Source: Planctomycetota bacterium
Lineage (GTDB): Bacteria; Planctomycetota; UBA8108; SXIK01
Assembly (NCBI GenBank): GCA_965223845.1
Contig: CBDCXR010000004.1
Span: forward strand, 4,544,001-4,608,000
Length of the DNA: 64,000 bases
Direction: 5' to 3'
Made by a program: the position numbers and the translations under genes. Under the pieces are notes generated by a model, which worked only from the letters and a program-made list of their open reading frames with translations, did no database searches and had not been told where the DNA came from. Positions 38,193 to 48,655 of the stretch are shown piece by piece (within the stretch, counting starts at the first letter, position 1; each line of letters starts with the position of its first letter).

Positions 38193-39569
38193 CTACTTCG
38201 AAAGCACCCACGACACCAGCTTCCGCACGCTCGGAGTCTGCCCCTGCGAGAGGATTCCGATGCGGAAGATCTTCGCGCTCGCGGCGACACAGAGAAGCGC
38301 GCATGCCGTCGTCAGGACCACTGAGAGCGCGATCTCCCACCAGGGCGGGCCGGGCGGGATCGCGATGCGGAGCAGCATCAACTTCGGAGTCGCGAAGGGG
38401 ATGAGCGAAATCGTCCGCGAGAACGTGCTCATCGGGGCCTGAAGTACCGCGAACCAACAGAATAGCGGAATGCACACGATCAGCATCGCGGGCGTCATCA
38501 ACGTCTGCGCGTCGCGGATCTCCGAGCAGGCGGCACCGATCGCGATAAAGACGGATCCGAACATGAGGAGCGCGAGTAGCTGGTAGAGGAGGAACCAGAA
38601 GTAGATCGAGACGGGAACGAGGTCGAGGAGTTCGAAGTGATAGAGGAGGTAGACGATCGCCCCGAGGTAGAGCACAGTCAGTGTGGACGCGACGAAAACG
38701 GTCGCGAGGAGTTTCCCGAGCATCAACTGAAAGGGAGTGACCGAGGAGACAAGCACCTCCGAGATCTTCTGCATCTTCTCCTCGAGCACGGAATTGAGGA
38801 GCGCGGGCGCACTCATCATGATCAGCATGAAGAGAAGAAACATCGCGCCGGCGGGGACGCCGAAAGTGACGAGCTCGTTCTCGCTCTCGGCCTCCTTGAC
38901 CTCGCCGTCGTCCTCGACCTCGACGAGCCCGAGCCGCTCGACGCGCACGCGCTGATTGAGCCTGTCGACGAGCTCTCGGTCGACGCCCGCCGCGGCGAAC
39001 CGGCGGCGCTTGATCTCGTCGTTGAGAACTCGGTCGAGCCAACGGGGCAGATCGCGAAAGGTCGGAGTCTGCGTGTAGTACGAAATCTGATCGTCGTCGC
39101 CGCCCTCTAAAACGTTCGCGCCGATGATCACGAAGCCGAAGAGATCCTCTTCCCGCACCCGTTCGGAGAGTGCGAGATCAACGCGTTCCTCGCCACTCGC
39201 ATCCGTGGCGAGCTCCGGCAGGAATCGCGGCTGGACCTGCTCGTTCGACTCGTCTTCCGCGTAGATCTCGTTCGCGTTCCGTTCTTCCGCGGCCGCGGCA
39301 ACGACGTCGAAGAGGCTGCCGGTTCGATCGACGACGGCGAACTTTCGGTCGCGGATGTCAACCTCGTCCTTGAGGAGGGCCTGAACGACGAGAGCGCCGC
39401 CCATCATGACCGGCATCAAGATCACACCCACGATGAACGCCTTCGACTGGACCGCGTTCAGATATTCGTAGCGAGCGACGCTGAAAACTTTAGTTCCAGC
39501 TCGGCGGCCCTTCAGCGGCGCGACCGGCCTTACGCGAGCGGATTCCGGGACGTTGATCTTCTTCGACAT
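38193..39569 (-). CDS. ABC-2 type exporter permease (NatB/YhaP-like)
   Basis: VARYEY..KAF; large loop; VLEEKMQKISEVLVSSV..LMLGK; six TMs. Confidence 0.9.
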   Translation of the reverse strand: MSKKINVPESARVRPVAPLKGRRAGTKVFSVARYEYLNAVQSKAFIVGVILMPVMMGGALVVQALLKDEVDIRDRKFAVVDRTGSLFDVVAAAAEERNANEIYAEDESNEQVQPRFLPELATDASGEERVDLALSERVREEDLFGFVIIGANVLEGGDDDQISYYTQTPTFRDLPRWLDRVLNDEIKRRRFAAAGVDRELVDRLNQRVRVERLGLVEVEDDGEVKEAESENELVTFGVPAGAMFLLFMLIMMSAPALLNSVLEEKMQKISEVLVSSVTPFQLMLGKLLATVFVASTLTVLYLGAIVYLLYHFELLDLVPVSIYFWFLLYQLLALLMFGSVFIAIGAACSEIRDAQTLMTPAMLIVCIPLFCWFAVLQAPMSTFSRTISLIPFATPKLMLLRIAIPPGPPWWEIALSVVLTTACALLCVAASAKIFRIGILSQGQTPSVRKLVSWVLSK

Positions 39570-39747
39570 GTGTGAAATACCCCCAGATCGCCAGAAAACC
39601 GCCGGCCGTCCCTTCGGGAGACGCGAGGATCGCCGATGCCATCGTCCCGTTCAGTCGACGGCGGCCCCCAGCACCGCCTCCTTCACCGAACTTGTCCTCG
39701 CCGATCCTCGCGCCCTCGCGGTCGCTGAATTACCGCCAAGCTCGAAC

Positions 39748-40659
39748 CTACGCATGCCCGTTCTCCGCCGCTGCCTCGGGTCCGGCGATGCGGACGAAAA
39801 TGTCGTGAAGCGACGGCTGCGCGAGCTCGAAGAGGCGCACCTCCGTCTTCTCGTTGAGAACGCGAAGAAGATCGCGCGGCGAGCCCGAAACTCGAAGCTC
39901 TTGATAGCGCCCCAGGTCTCGCATGCTCTCGACGCCAGGCAGATCCGACAAGGCTCTGGTGTCCTCGACGCGGAGTCGAACGGTGTCGTCCCCATACCTC
40001 GATTGAATCTCGTCGAGGCTGCCGTCGAGGACCTTCTTTCCCCGAAAGATCATGAAGATCGAATCGCACATCTTCTCGGCGACCGACATATCGTGCGTCG
40101 AGAAGATCACGGTCGTCCCTTGGTCGCGAAGGCTCAAGATCGCCGCGCGGAGGACGTCGGCGTTCACCGGATCGAGGCCCGAGAACGGCTCGTCGAGGAT
40201 CACGATGTCCGGGCGGGAGATCACGCACGAGATGAATTGAACCTTTTGCGACATTCCCTTCGAGAGCGCCTCGATCTTTTTGTTCTTCCAGTCGCTCAAA
40301 TCGAAACGCTCGAGCCAATCATCGATCGCGGATCTCGCGTCACGCGAGCTCATCCCCTTGATCGACGCGTAATAGGAGAGGAGGCGCTTGACCGACATCT
40401 TCTTATAGAGCCCGCGCTCCTCCGGCAGGTAGCCGATGCGGTCGTTGGCGGCGCGGGACTCGCTCTCTCCGAGGACTTCGATCGACCCGCTGTCGGGATG
40501 AATGATGTGAACGATCATTCGGATCGTCGTCGTCTTTCCCGATCCGTTGGGTCCGATGAAGCCGTAGACGCTTCCTCGGGGAACAGTGAGGGACAGATCA
40601 TCGACGGCCCGATGCGTGCCGAAGGTTTTCGTCACTCGGTCGAGAGTGATCGCGTTCAA
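39748..40659 (-). CDS. ABC exporter ATP-binding subunit (NatA/YhaQ-like)
   Basis: GPNGSGKTT; LSKGM; ILDEPFSGLDP; STH. Confidence 0.95.
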   Translation of the reverse strand: MNAITLDRVTKTFGTHRAVDDLSLTVPRGSVYGFIGPNGSGKTTTIRMIVHIIHPDSGSIEVLGESESRAANDRIGYLPEERGLYKKMSVKRLLSYYASIKGMSSRDARSAIDDWLERFDLSDWKNKKIEALSKGMSQKVQFISCVISRPDIVILDEPFSGLDPVNADVLRAAILSLRDQGTTVIFSTHDMSVAEKMCDSIFMIFRGKKVLDGSLDEIQSRYGDDTVRLRVEDTRALSDLPGVESMRDLGRYQELRVSGSPRDLLRVLNEKTEVRLFELAQPSLHDIFVRIAGPEAAAENGHA

Positions 40660-40762
40660 AGTCGCCCTCCAAACTTGGCCCCGAACTCGCGCACGGTGAG
40701 CCCCGGCGACTCACGTCGTGAGCGCGCACGAACGCTGCAGTCGTAGCGGTAGCCCGAGAGCG

Positions 40763-42178
40763 CTACGTCCCGACGATCTCCGGAATCACGTGCCCGTGCA
40801 CGTCGGTCAGTCGCATGTCGCGTCCGCTGAATCGGTAGACGAGACGTTCGTGGTCGATGCCGAGGAGATGGAGCATGTTCGCGTGGATGTCGTGGAACGT
40901 CAGTTTGTTCTCGATCACGCGATAGCCGTACTCGTCCGTGCTCCCGTAAATCGTCCCCCCCTCGACGCCACCCCCGGCCATCCAGAGGCTGAACCCCTGC
41001 GGATTGTGATCGCGTCCGTTCTTCCCCTGTGCGAACGGCGTGCGCCCGAACTCGCCGCTGAAGACGAGCAGCGTGGAATCGAAGAGACCCCGCTGCTTGA
41101 GGTCGCGGATGAGTGCGCCGATCGGTTGATCGACCGAGAGCGCGTTCTTTTGGTGCCCGTCCTTGAGATTTCCGTGCTGATCCCACCGATCGCCGTTGCC
41201 GCCGCTCGTCGTGAGCTCGATGAAGCGCACTCCACGCTCGACCATTCGCCGGGCGAGAAGACACTGCGCGGCGAACTTGCGGGTGTTCCCCCACTTCGCT
41301 TCGAACCCGTACATGCGCTTCGTCGCTTCCGACTCGCCCGAGAGATCCATCGCCTCGGGAACTTCGAGCTGCATACGAAATGCGAGCTCGTGGTTGCGGA
41401 TCGCCGACTCGATCTGCGGTGCGTGCCCCACCCTACCGAGGAGATGACCGTCGATCTCCGCCAGTCGCGCGAGCTTTCGCGCCTGCGCACTCGCCGATTC
41501 GCGCGGCGTGATGTTCCGCATCGGAGCTCCCGGACGAAGCACGGATCCTTGGTGATTCGCCGGAAGAAATCCGCTCCCGAAGTTCGCGACTCCGCCGTTC
41601 GGCGTGATTCCTCCGTGCAGAACGACGAAGCTCGGAAGATTCTCGTTGAGACTTCCTAAACCGTAGGAGACCCACGCTCCCATGCTCGGCTGCCCCATGC
41701 GCGCGAGGCCGGTGTGAAGCCCGTAGACCGCGTTCGGATGATTCGGCGAGAAGGCCGTCATCGACCGGATCACGCACAAATCGTCCGCGTGCGCCGCGAC
41801 GTGCGGGAAAAGATCGCTGATCGGAATTCCACTCTCGCCGTACCGGCGAAACTCCCACGGGCTCGCGAAGATCGTGCCGAGGTTGTTGAAGACCGTCGCG
41901 TCGATGGAGAACTTCGGCTTCTGGCCGTTCTCGCGGTCGAGTCGCGGCTTCGGATCGAAGCTGTCGACCTGTGATACGCCACCGTCCATGAAGAGGAAGA
42001 TCACGCTCTTCGCTTTCGCGCGGTGGTGCGTTTTCGCGACCGTCGAGATCCCGCGTGAAGCGGCCTCCGCGACCGCGTTCTGATGGAGGATCGATGCGAG
42101 CGCTACCGAGCCAAAGCCGACCGACGCTTCCCGCAGGAGACGACGCCGCGTCATGCGAGTAGAGGCGTCAGTAAACAT
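40763..42178 (-). CDS. DUF1501 domain protein (Tat-exported), copy 2
   Basis: TRRRLL; GGVSQVDSFDPKP; WDQH; GEFGRTP; GRDH; overlaps the upstream gene end. Confidence 0.92.
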   Translation of the reverse strand: MFTDASTRMTRRRLLREASVGFGSVALASILHQNAVAEAASRGISTVAKTHHRAKAKSVIFLFMDGGVSQVDSFDPKPRLDRENGQKPKFSIDATVFNNLGTIFASPWEFRRYGESGIPISDLFPHVAAHADDLCVIRSMTAFSPNHPNAVYGLHTGLARMGQPSMGAWVSYGLGSLNENLPSFVVLHGGITPNGGVANFGSGFLPANHQGSVLRPGAPMRNITPRESASAQARKLARLAEIDGHLLGRVGHAPQIESAIRNHELAFRMQLEVPEAMDLSGESEATKRMYGFEAKWGNTRKFAAQCLLARRMVERGVRFIELTTSGGNGDRWDQHGNLKDGHQKNALSVDQPIGALIRDLKQRGLFDSTLLVFSGEFGRTPFAQGKNGRDHNPQGFSLWMAGGGVEGGTIYGSTDEYGYRVIENKLTFHDIHANMLHLLGIDHERLVYRFSGRDMRLTDVHGHVIPEIVGT

Positions 42179-45100
42179 AGAGAAGCTCCTTCCGGTTCAG
42201 CATCGTGTGGCACATCGATTTCCAGAATCCGTGATGGTCTCGCGCGGCCTCTTCGCGAAGCTCGTGATCACGGAGAAGCTCGCGAGCCCATGCGATCTCC
42301 CGCTCGGTCGCCTCGCGCGCGAACGCGGTTCGATGAATCGTTCGCACCCGCTCCTCGAATGAATCGACGCCCGACGCGAGAATCCGTTTCGCCCATTCGT
42401 CCGCCATACCCCAAGTCAGCTCGCCGTTAAGAAGCTCGAGCGACTGCGCCGGACTATTCGTGACGTTGCGGCGCCCGAACGGCTGAGTCGCGTCCGGCAT
42501 GTCGAAGAGCATGAGAAACGGCGGCAGCGCCTTGCGCCGAAGCTGGACGTAGATCGAGCGCCGCTTGCGATCGTTTCCTCGGACGCTCGGCCCGAAGAGA
42601 TGCGGTTCGAGAGTTCCTCCGAGCGCGAGGATCGTGTCGCGAATCGACTCGGCCTGGAGGCGACGAACCGGCATGCGCTGAAGCCACACGTTGTCGGGGT
42701 CGAGACGGATCGCCTCTGCCGATCCGCGGCTCGTCATTCGGTACGCGGTCGAGAGAACGAGCTCGCGAATGAGGCGCTTCACCGACCAGCCATCGCGCAT
42801 GAATCTTCCCGCCATGAAATCGAGCAGATCGGGATGCGACGGTGTGTCGCCCATGCGGCCGAAGTCATCGACCGAGGCGACGATCCCACGGCCGAAGAGG
42901 TGGTGCCAGACGCGGTTCGTCATCACTCGCGCCGTGAGCGGGTTCGTCGGATCGACGAGCCCCTTCGCCCACTCGAGCCGACCACTTCCCGACGTTCGGA
43001 ACGGAGTGCCGTCGATTCCGTCGAGAAAATGACGCGGAGTCGGCTCTTTGCTGAGGTTCTTGTGAGAGCCGCGGATGTAGATGGGCTCGTCCTCGCCGCG
43101 ACCGTCAGCTAGGCTGCGAACGTACTGCGGGCGGCGGAGCTCCGCCTGCGCCGCACGGTACGCAGAGACGGCCGTCCGGAGAGCTTCGGATCGCTCGAGG
43201 GAGAAGTCGAGTACCCCTCCTTCGAAGAGCGCCTCGAGAAGATCGCTTTCGGCGAGCGAAAGCGAGCCCGATCGCCACTTTTCGGGGAGCGATTGAAGCG
43301 CCGCCGCGATCTCGTCGAGCGTCGTCGCGGGCGTGCTCGCTTCCACCCAGACACGGCCCGCGGGCGGCACGGGTGGCGCGCCGTGATCGTTGACGGCCGC
43401 TCCGACGACCGCGTACGCGCCGTCGACGTGATCCCCGGTCGTCGCCGCGAAGCGGAATTCTCCTCCGTTTTGGAGAACCTCGAGATACGCCTTGTTTCCG
43501 GTCCAGAGCTTCGTGTCGAACCTGACCGTCGTCCACTTGTCGCTCTTGACGATCTTCGTCAGGCCGCCCGTCGTCGGACCGCGTCCGACCAGCTCGTAGT
43601 GACGAATGATGAGACTCACCCGCGCGTTCTTCCCCTTCACGCGGATCGATACACGATTTCCGAGTCGAAAGGTCGGCGAACGAAACGCGCCCGCAAACCG
43701 CGACGCCAGATGGCCGGACGCCGGATGTCCGCCGGCGAACGACGCGACGGCGCGATCCCCATCAAACGCGACGACGAAGTCGCCCGGCGGCCGCGGGGCG
43801 TGATCGAAGGCAACACCGGAAGGAATCCAGTCGGCGAACGAGTCGCGCGAACGGGCAGGATTTCCGATGAACGGGAGCGTCGGCGGCGAGCGTCGCCCCC
43901 GGATCTCCTTCCACGCTGAATCGAGCGCGCCGGAGTCGCTCGCGCGAACGAGTCGCGCGAGTAGACGCAGCTCCTCGTTTGACTTCTCTTCGAAGGCCTT
44001 GGCCCAGCGCTTCTGCATGGGCGTCGATGGCTCGTTGGTTCGCACGGCGATCAGGTCTTCACGCGCGCTGCGAACATCCTCCGCGAGAACATCCACTAAC
44101 GCAGCGCGCACCGGCTCCTTGAGCGCGCGCAGTCTCGCTCGATCTTCCGCCTGCTTCCCCGGCGAGTTGGTATCGGCGTGATCGAGACGCGAGCTCGCGA
44201 TGATTCCGTAGAGCGAGTAGTAGTCCTTCGTCGTGATCGGATCGAACTTGTGATCGTGGCACCCGGCGCAGGCAACGGTGAGCCCGACGAACGTCTTTCC
44301 GACGACGTCGATCATGTCCTCGAAGATTCGCGCCTCGTCGGCGTGAATATCGGGTGGGCCGTGCTGGCCGTCGGTGAGATAGAGGAATCCGGGGCCGACG
44401 ACCGACTCGTTGTCCCCCGAATCCGGACGCAGGCGCGGCTTCTCGAGCAGATCTCCCGCGAAGGCTTCGAGAACGAACTGCGAGTACGGGACATCCGCGT
44501 TGAACGCGCGGATCACGTAGTCGCGATAGCGATGCGTGTTCGCCATCAGATAGTCGGCCTCGAAGGACTTCGACTCGGCGAAGCGCGTCAAGTCGAGCCA
44601 ATGTCGCGCCCACTGCTCGCCGAAATGCGGTGAATCGAGCAGGCGATCGACGACGATGTCGAACGCCGCCGGCGAATCGTCGGTGAGAAAGCGATCGAGA
44701 TCCTCCGGACGCGGCGGAAGACCGGTGAGGTCGTACGTGACTCGACGGAGCCACGACTCGCGACTCGCCGGCTCTGCCGGCGACCACCCCTTCGCTTCGA
44801 GCCCGGCGAGGACGAAACGATCGTAGTCCGTGCGCGGCCAGTCCGTCCGATCGACCGCCGGGATCTCCACTTCCTTCACCGGGCGAAGCGACCACCAGTC
44901 GCGTCGTGCTTCGAGATCGAATCCTTCCGCCGACGCGTTCGATCGCGTCTTCCTTGCGCGAGGATCCGCGGCGCCCCGTTCGATCCAGCGCACGAAGTCG
45001 GCGATCACCTCGTTCGGAAGCTTCGCGCGCGGAGGCATCTCGAAGGACTCGTAGCGAAGTGCGGAGAGGAGAAGGCTCTCCTCGGGCTTCCCCGGAACGA

Positions 45101-45392
45101 TCGCGGGCCCCGAATCGCCACCCGTTTCCCATCCCCAGCGGCTGTCGAGGAGGAGGCCTCCGCGGAGCTTCTCCGCTGCGGCGGAATGGCACGAGTAACA
45201 GTTCTCGGCGAGAACCGGACGGATCCTCTTCTCGAAGAACTCGAGCTCGCTCGCGGGCGGCCGGTCCGCCGAGGATTCTGTCCCCTCTGAAGGGGACTGA
45301 TCCTCACCGAGAGAAACGGACGACGAAACCGCCGCTAAGGTCGCGACAATCGCGGCACGGACAGTACAAGGGACGTGGTAGGACTTCGCCAC
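42168..45392 (-). CDS. Planctomycete cytochrome c + DUF1549 + DUF1553 protein with large central insert, copy 2
   Basis: CYSCH; GEQWARHWLD; CAGCHDHKFDP; NPLTARV..NRVWHH; PSHPDLLD. Confidence 0.92.
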   Translation of the reverse strand: MAKSYHVPCTVRAAIVATLAAVSSSVSLGEDQSPSEGTESSADRPPASELEFFEKRIRPVLAENCYSCHSAAAEKLRGGLLLDSRWGWETGGDSGPAIVPGKPEESLLLSALRYESFEMPPRAKLPNEVIADFVRWIERGAADPRARKTRSNASAEGFDLEARRDWWSLRPVKEVEIPAVDRTDWPRTDYDRFVLAGLEAKGWSPAEPASRESWLRRVTYDLTGLPPRPEDLDRFLTDDSPAAFDIVVDRLLDSPHFGEQWARHWLDLTRFAESKSFEADYLMANTHRYRDYVIRAFNADVPYSQFVLEAFAGDLLEKPRLRPDSGDNESVVGPGFLYLTDGQHGPPDIHADEARIFEDMIDVVGKTFVGLTVACAGCHDHKFDPITTKDYYSLYGIIASSRLDHADTNSPGKQAEDRARLRALKEPVRAALVDVLAEDVRSAREDLIAVRTNEPSTPMQKRWAKAFEEKSNEELRLLARLVRASDSGALDSAWKEIRGRRSPPTLPFIGNPARSRDSFADWIPSGVAFDHAPRPPGDFVVAFDGDRAVASFAGGHPASGHLASRFAGAFRSPTFRLGNRVSIRVKGKNARVSLIIRHYELVGRGPTTGGLTKIVKSDKWTTVRFDTKLWTGNKAYLEVLQNGGEFRFAATTGDHVDGAYAVVGAAVNDHGAPPVPPAGRVWVEASTPATTLDEIAAALQSLPEKWRSGSLSLAESDLLEALFEGGVLDFSLERSEALRTAVSAYRAAQAELRRPQYVRSLADGRGEDEPIYIRGSHKNLSKEPTPRHFLDGIDGTPFRTSGSGRLEWAKGLVDPTNPLTARVMTNRVWHHLFGRGIVASVDDFGRMGDTPSHPDLLDFMAGRFMRDGWSVKRLIRELVLSTAYRMTSRGSAEAIRLDPDNVWLQRMPVRRLQAESIRDTILALGGTLEPHLFGPSVRGNDRKRRSIYVQLRRKALPPFLMLFDMPDATQPFGRRNVTNSPAQSLELLNGELTWGMADEWAKRILASGVDSFEERVRTIHRTAFAREATEREIAWARELLRDHELREEAARDHHGFWKSMCHTMLNRKELLYVY

Positions 45393-45630
45393 GGTAGGAA
45401 CGGTACTCTGAGAAAACTCGAACTTCGCGTGAACACACTAGTGACGGCGACTTGGCCGGATCCGGGCTATTCTCGGAGATCCCGCGAGAGATTTCCACGT
45501 CGAGGCGCGTGCGCTCGGTCGCCGGTGTCGAACATCACGCAGTGACCGGCCCTCGCTTTCGCCGGCGAGCGACGCGCGGGCCTTCTTCGCTCCGGTTCGA
45601 GGTGCCAGACGCGGCCGGCGGCGCGCGACC

Positions 45631-46950
45631 TCACGGCGCTTGCGCCGAGTCGCTCGCTCTCCACGGAACGAGGCTCGTTCGAATCTCTTCGACGTAGGCC
45701 GCGACGTCGAATGGCACTTCGCTGAGCGTCCGCTCGACGCGAGGAATCCACTCGTCTTCGACGCGTGTCCTCCACGCCTCGCGATCCTCGTCCCACGTCT
45801 CCCACTCGAGGACCAAGCGCGCGAGCTCCTCGCGCTGGCGCCGTCGCTCGGCCTCGGGGTCGAGGAATGCAGACGCGGCTCCGTAAGCGAAGTTTCCGAA
45901 TCGAAAGGCGGGTTGCGAGAGATCGCATCGAACGCGAGGTGTCGCATAAGCGTGTGCGATATCACTGCGCGCAAAGCTCATCCAAAGGTGGCGAGGCTCC
46001 GCGTAGTCGGCCACGGCTCGCGCGAACTGAAACAGCGCTCGGCCCGCTCGCTCCCCGTTCGACGTTCGCCCCCAGAATCGGTCGGCGAAGCTCCGGTGAA
46101 CGACGCGACAGCCCGCGTCTTGAGTTCTCCACACCGAGAACGGCTTCGAGCGAAGGAGCTCGGCGGCGTCCGCATCTTCGTCCCGAAGAAGCAACACGGC
46201 CGCACCCAGGGCCTGACGGGGACGCATGTCTTGGTGAAACTCGGCCTCGAGGATCGACAGCAATCGCTCGGCCGAGGAGAGCGCCCACACGCAACACAAT
46301 CGCGGCGGCAGTCCCGAGCGGAGAGCGAGCTGAACTTCTTTCGGAACCGCGCTCGACGGACGCCGCAAACTCGGCTCCCGTGGCTCGACGTCGAGAGCGG
46401 TCGCAGCGGCATCACCGAGTGCAGATGCGAGTGCGACTCGCTCTTCCGTCAGCGATCCGGCGGCGACCTCACGACGAAGATCGGGAATCGTCAGGCCGTC
46501 CAGCGGGCGACGCAGGGGCGCCAGCTCGAGCCACTCCGCCGCCCGCAAGCCTTCTTCGAGTGCGCGAGCGGACTCGCGAGACCGCGAGACGAGAATGATC
46601 GAAGCAGCGCCGGGTGATCGGTCCAGCTTTCCCGTCGGCGTCTTCGGACAGCGGCAGACGAAGTCCGCCGGCTCGCGTACCCGACGAAGCGCGCCGAGGA
46701 GATAGAACGGCGCCGTGATCAACGTGATCACGAGCGCAAGCCCGACCACACCGCCGATGCCGCCGAGAGCGACCGCTCCAGCGCGAAGCCAAAGACTTTC
46801 GCCGCCGTAGAGGTGGTTTCCGAGAGCGGCTCCCGCGAGAACAACGAAGAGGACGACGACGCACCCGATCATCTCGAGAAGCGTTGCGCCTCGCCCGGCT
46901 GAGCGGGGTCTTCGCGCGGGGACTGCAGTCGGGAGAGTCGAGCGTTTCAA
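45631..46950 (-). CDS. Hypothetical membrane protein with prepilin-like N-terminus and Imm5-like segment
   Basis: RG|ATLLE + hydrophobic stretch; second TM; 'WALSSAERLL..E....DMRPRQAL'. Confidence 0.5.
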   Translation of the reverse strand: MKRSTLPTAVPARRPRSAGRGATLLEMIGCVVVLFVVLAGAALGNHLYGGESLWLRAGAVALGGIGGVVGLALVITLITAPFYLLGALRRVREPADFVCRCPKTPTGKLDRSPGAASIILVSRSRESARALEEGLRAAEWLELAPLRRPLDGLTIPDLRREVAAGSLTEERVALASALGDAAATALDVEPREPSLRRPSSAVPKEVQLALRSGLPPRLCCVWALSSAERLLSILEAEFHQDMRPRQALGAAVLLLRDEDADAAELLRSKPFSVWRTQDAGCRVVHRSFADRFWGRTSNGERAGRALFQFARAVADYAEPRHLWMSFARSDIAHAYATPRVRCDLSQPAFRFGNFAYGAASAFLDPEAERRRQREELARLVLEWETWDEDREAWRTRVEDEWIPRVERTLSEVPFDVAAYVEEIRTSLVPWRASDSAQAP

Positions 46951-47238
46951 GGGGCGGAGAAAACCCGAATCGAAGACTCAAGCTCGTGGATCACTCGACC
47001 CGTCCGTGGTCCGCTCGGGTCCGGGATCCACGGCTCAAAGTCCATCTCGTCCTTCGTGATTTTGCCTCGTCGGCACCGCCAATTATAATCGAAACGAGAT
47101 CGACGCGAGGACACGTCGCTTCGTCGTTTGCTCGGGCAAACGCTTTCATAGGGAACGGAACGGCAGCCTCGTGTCTCTGGAGATCAACGGCTCTTCCGAG
47201 AGGAAGGGAGTGTGCCCATTGAGACCGAGACCACAACG

Positions 47239-48126
47239 ATGAACAAGCTCAGCGTCGCCCTGATCGCCTTCCTCGTCGTCGGGAACATCGTCTCCGTCAC
47301 TCTCCTCGTGCTGCGCGACCCCGGCGAGCCGCTCGGATCAATCGACCGCGTCGACGACGAATCCCTCGTCGCCGCGATCCAGAGTCTCGATGCAAAACTC
47401 GACCGACTCGAGGCGGCGTTCGAGGCGGAGTCATCGCTGGCGAATCGACACCTGCCGGTCTCCGGCGAAGGTGCCCAGCCGATCGTGTCGGCCGCCGCGC
47501 CGGACCTCACACCGGTGCTCGATCGTCTCGCACTCATCGAGCAGACCCTCGCCGAGATGAAGGACGTGAACGATGAGCTGGCCGCCGCGGAGCTGCGCGA
47601 GAAGCGCCAGGCGCAGTTCCGCGCCGAAGATGGATTCTCGGTTGCGGACGAGCTGCTCTCGCAGAAGAAATTCGCCGTTGCGGCGAACGGCTATCTCGAG
47701 TTCCTCAACGCCCACCCTGACCATCCCGACGCCCCCGATCTCACGGACAAGGCCGCCGAAGCGTTTCGTCGGGCCGGATACGAGGAGAAGGCGATCTGGC
47801 TGAAGGAGCAGATGCTCGACCAGTTTCCCGATCGTCGCGGCGACACGCTCCACAGCTTAGCCGTGATGAAGAAGCAGCTCCATCGCTACGACGAAGCGAT
47901 CGCACACGCGACCGAGGCGGCGGAGCTCGCGAAGAACGACGAGAGTCGCCTCTGGCGCCTCCTCTACCGCGCCTATCTGTTCGGGCAGCGCGATGGCGAC
48001 GAGGCTGCCCTCCCCGTTTACCGCGAGATCGAAAGAGCAGCACGGTCCGCGGGCTCCGGTGGACCAGCGAACCAGGCGCGGGAAAAGATCGCTGCCATCG
48101 AGAGACGCCTCGCGGCGGCGCAGTAG
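47239..48126 (+). CDS. Membrane-anchored coiled-coil + TPR protein (CpoB/YbgF-like architecture)
   Basis: N-terminal TM, heptad stretches, 'AANGYLEFLNAHPDHPDA' and further TPR-like helices. Confidence 0.65.
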   Translation: MNKLSVALIAFLVVGNIVSVTLLVLRDPGEPLGSIDRVDDESLVAAIQSLDAKLDRLEAAFEAESSLANRHLPVSGEGAQPIVSAAAPDLTPVLDRLALIEQTLAEMKDVNDELAAAELREKRQAQFRAEDGFSVADELLSQKKFAVAANGYLEFLNAHPDHPDAPDLTDKAAEAFRRAGYEEKAIWLKEQMLDQFPDRRGDTLHSLAVMKKQLHRYDEAIAHATEAAELAKNDESRLWRLLYRAYLFGQRDGDEAALPVYREIERAARSAGSGGPANQAREKIAAIERRLAAAQ

Positions 48127-48172
48127 CAAGCTTCGAGCGAACCGCGGCTCGCGGGGACACCGAACGCGACCG

Positions 48173-48634
48173 CTACTCGAGTTGCAGAATTCGCCGCGCC
48201 TCCTCGTCGTCTCGATACACTCGCCACTCCTCGACCAGGCCGCGGCGGATCACCGCCCGCCAAATGAACCGCCCGCTCAACGCGGCGTGCGAGCACTCCG
48301 CGCGACCGATCATGATCACCGCATCGCCACGGCTCTCAACGCGCCTGAACACATTGCGGTAGTCGGGAAACGCTTCGAAGAACCGGGCCCAGCTCGCTTT
48401 CATCTCCCGGCGGCCGCGCGTGACGATTCCGGTCGCATCGACGAAGGCGTGCCCTTCGGTCATGAGCTCGACGAGCCCGTCTAGGTCGCGGCGATTGATT
48501 CGCTCGTTGAACGCGATCGCCACGGACTCGGCCGAGGCCGCGTCTACCTGCTCCATCGGTTCCTCGAGCCCTCGACACGCAGACGCGGCGAGCACCGCAG
48601 AAGAAACAGCCGTCGCGAGGCGAATCTCGCGCAT
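48173..48634 (-). CDS. SnoaL/NTF2-like domain lipoprotein
   Basis: Lipobox-like LAASAC; FNERIN..DLDGL..LMT..H.FVD..G; W..FF..FPDY; EWRVY. Confidence 0.8.
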   Translation of the reverse strand: MREIRLATAVSSAVLAASACRGLEEPMEQVDAASAESVAIAFNERINRRDLDGLVELMTEGHAFVDATGIVTRGRREMKASWARFFEAFPDYRNVFRRVESRGDAVIMIGRAECSHAALSGRFIWRAVIRRGLVEEWRVYRDDEEARRILQLE

Positions 48635-48655
48635 TCGTTGCAGCCCGACGTCGAC

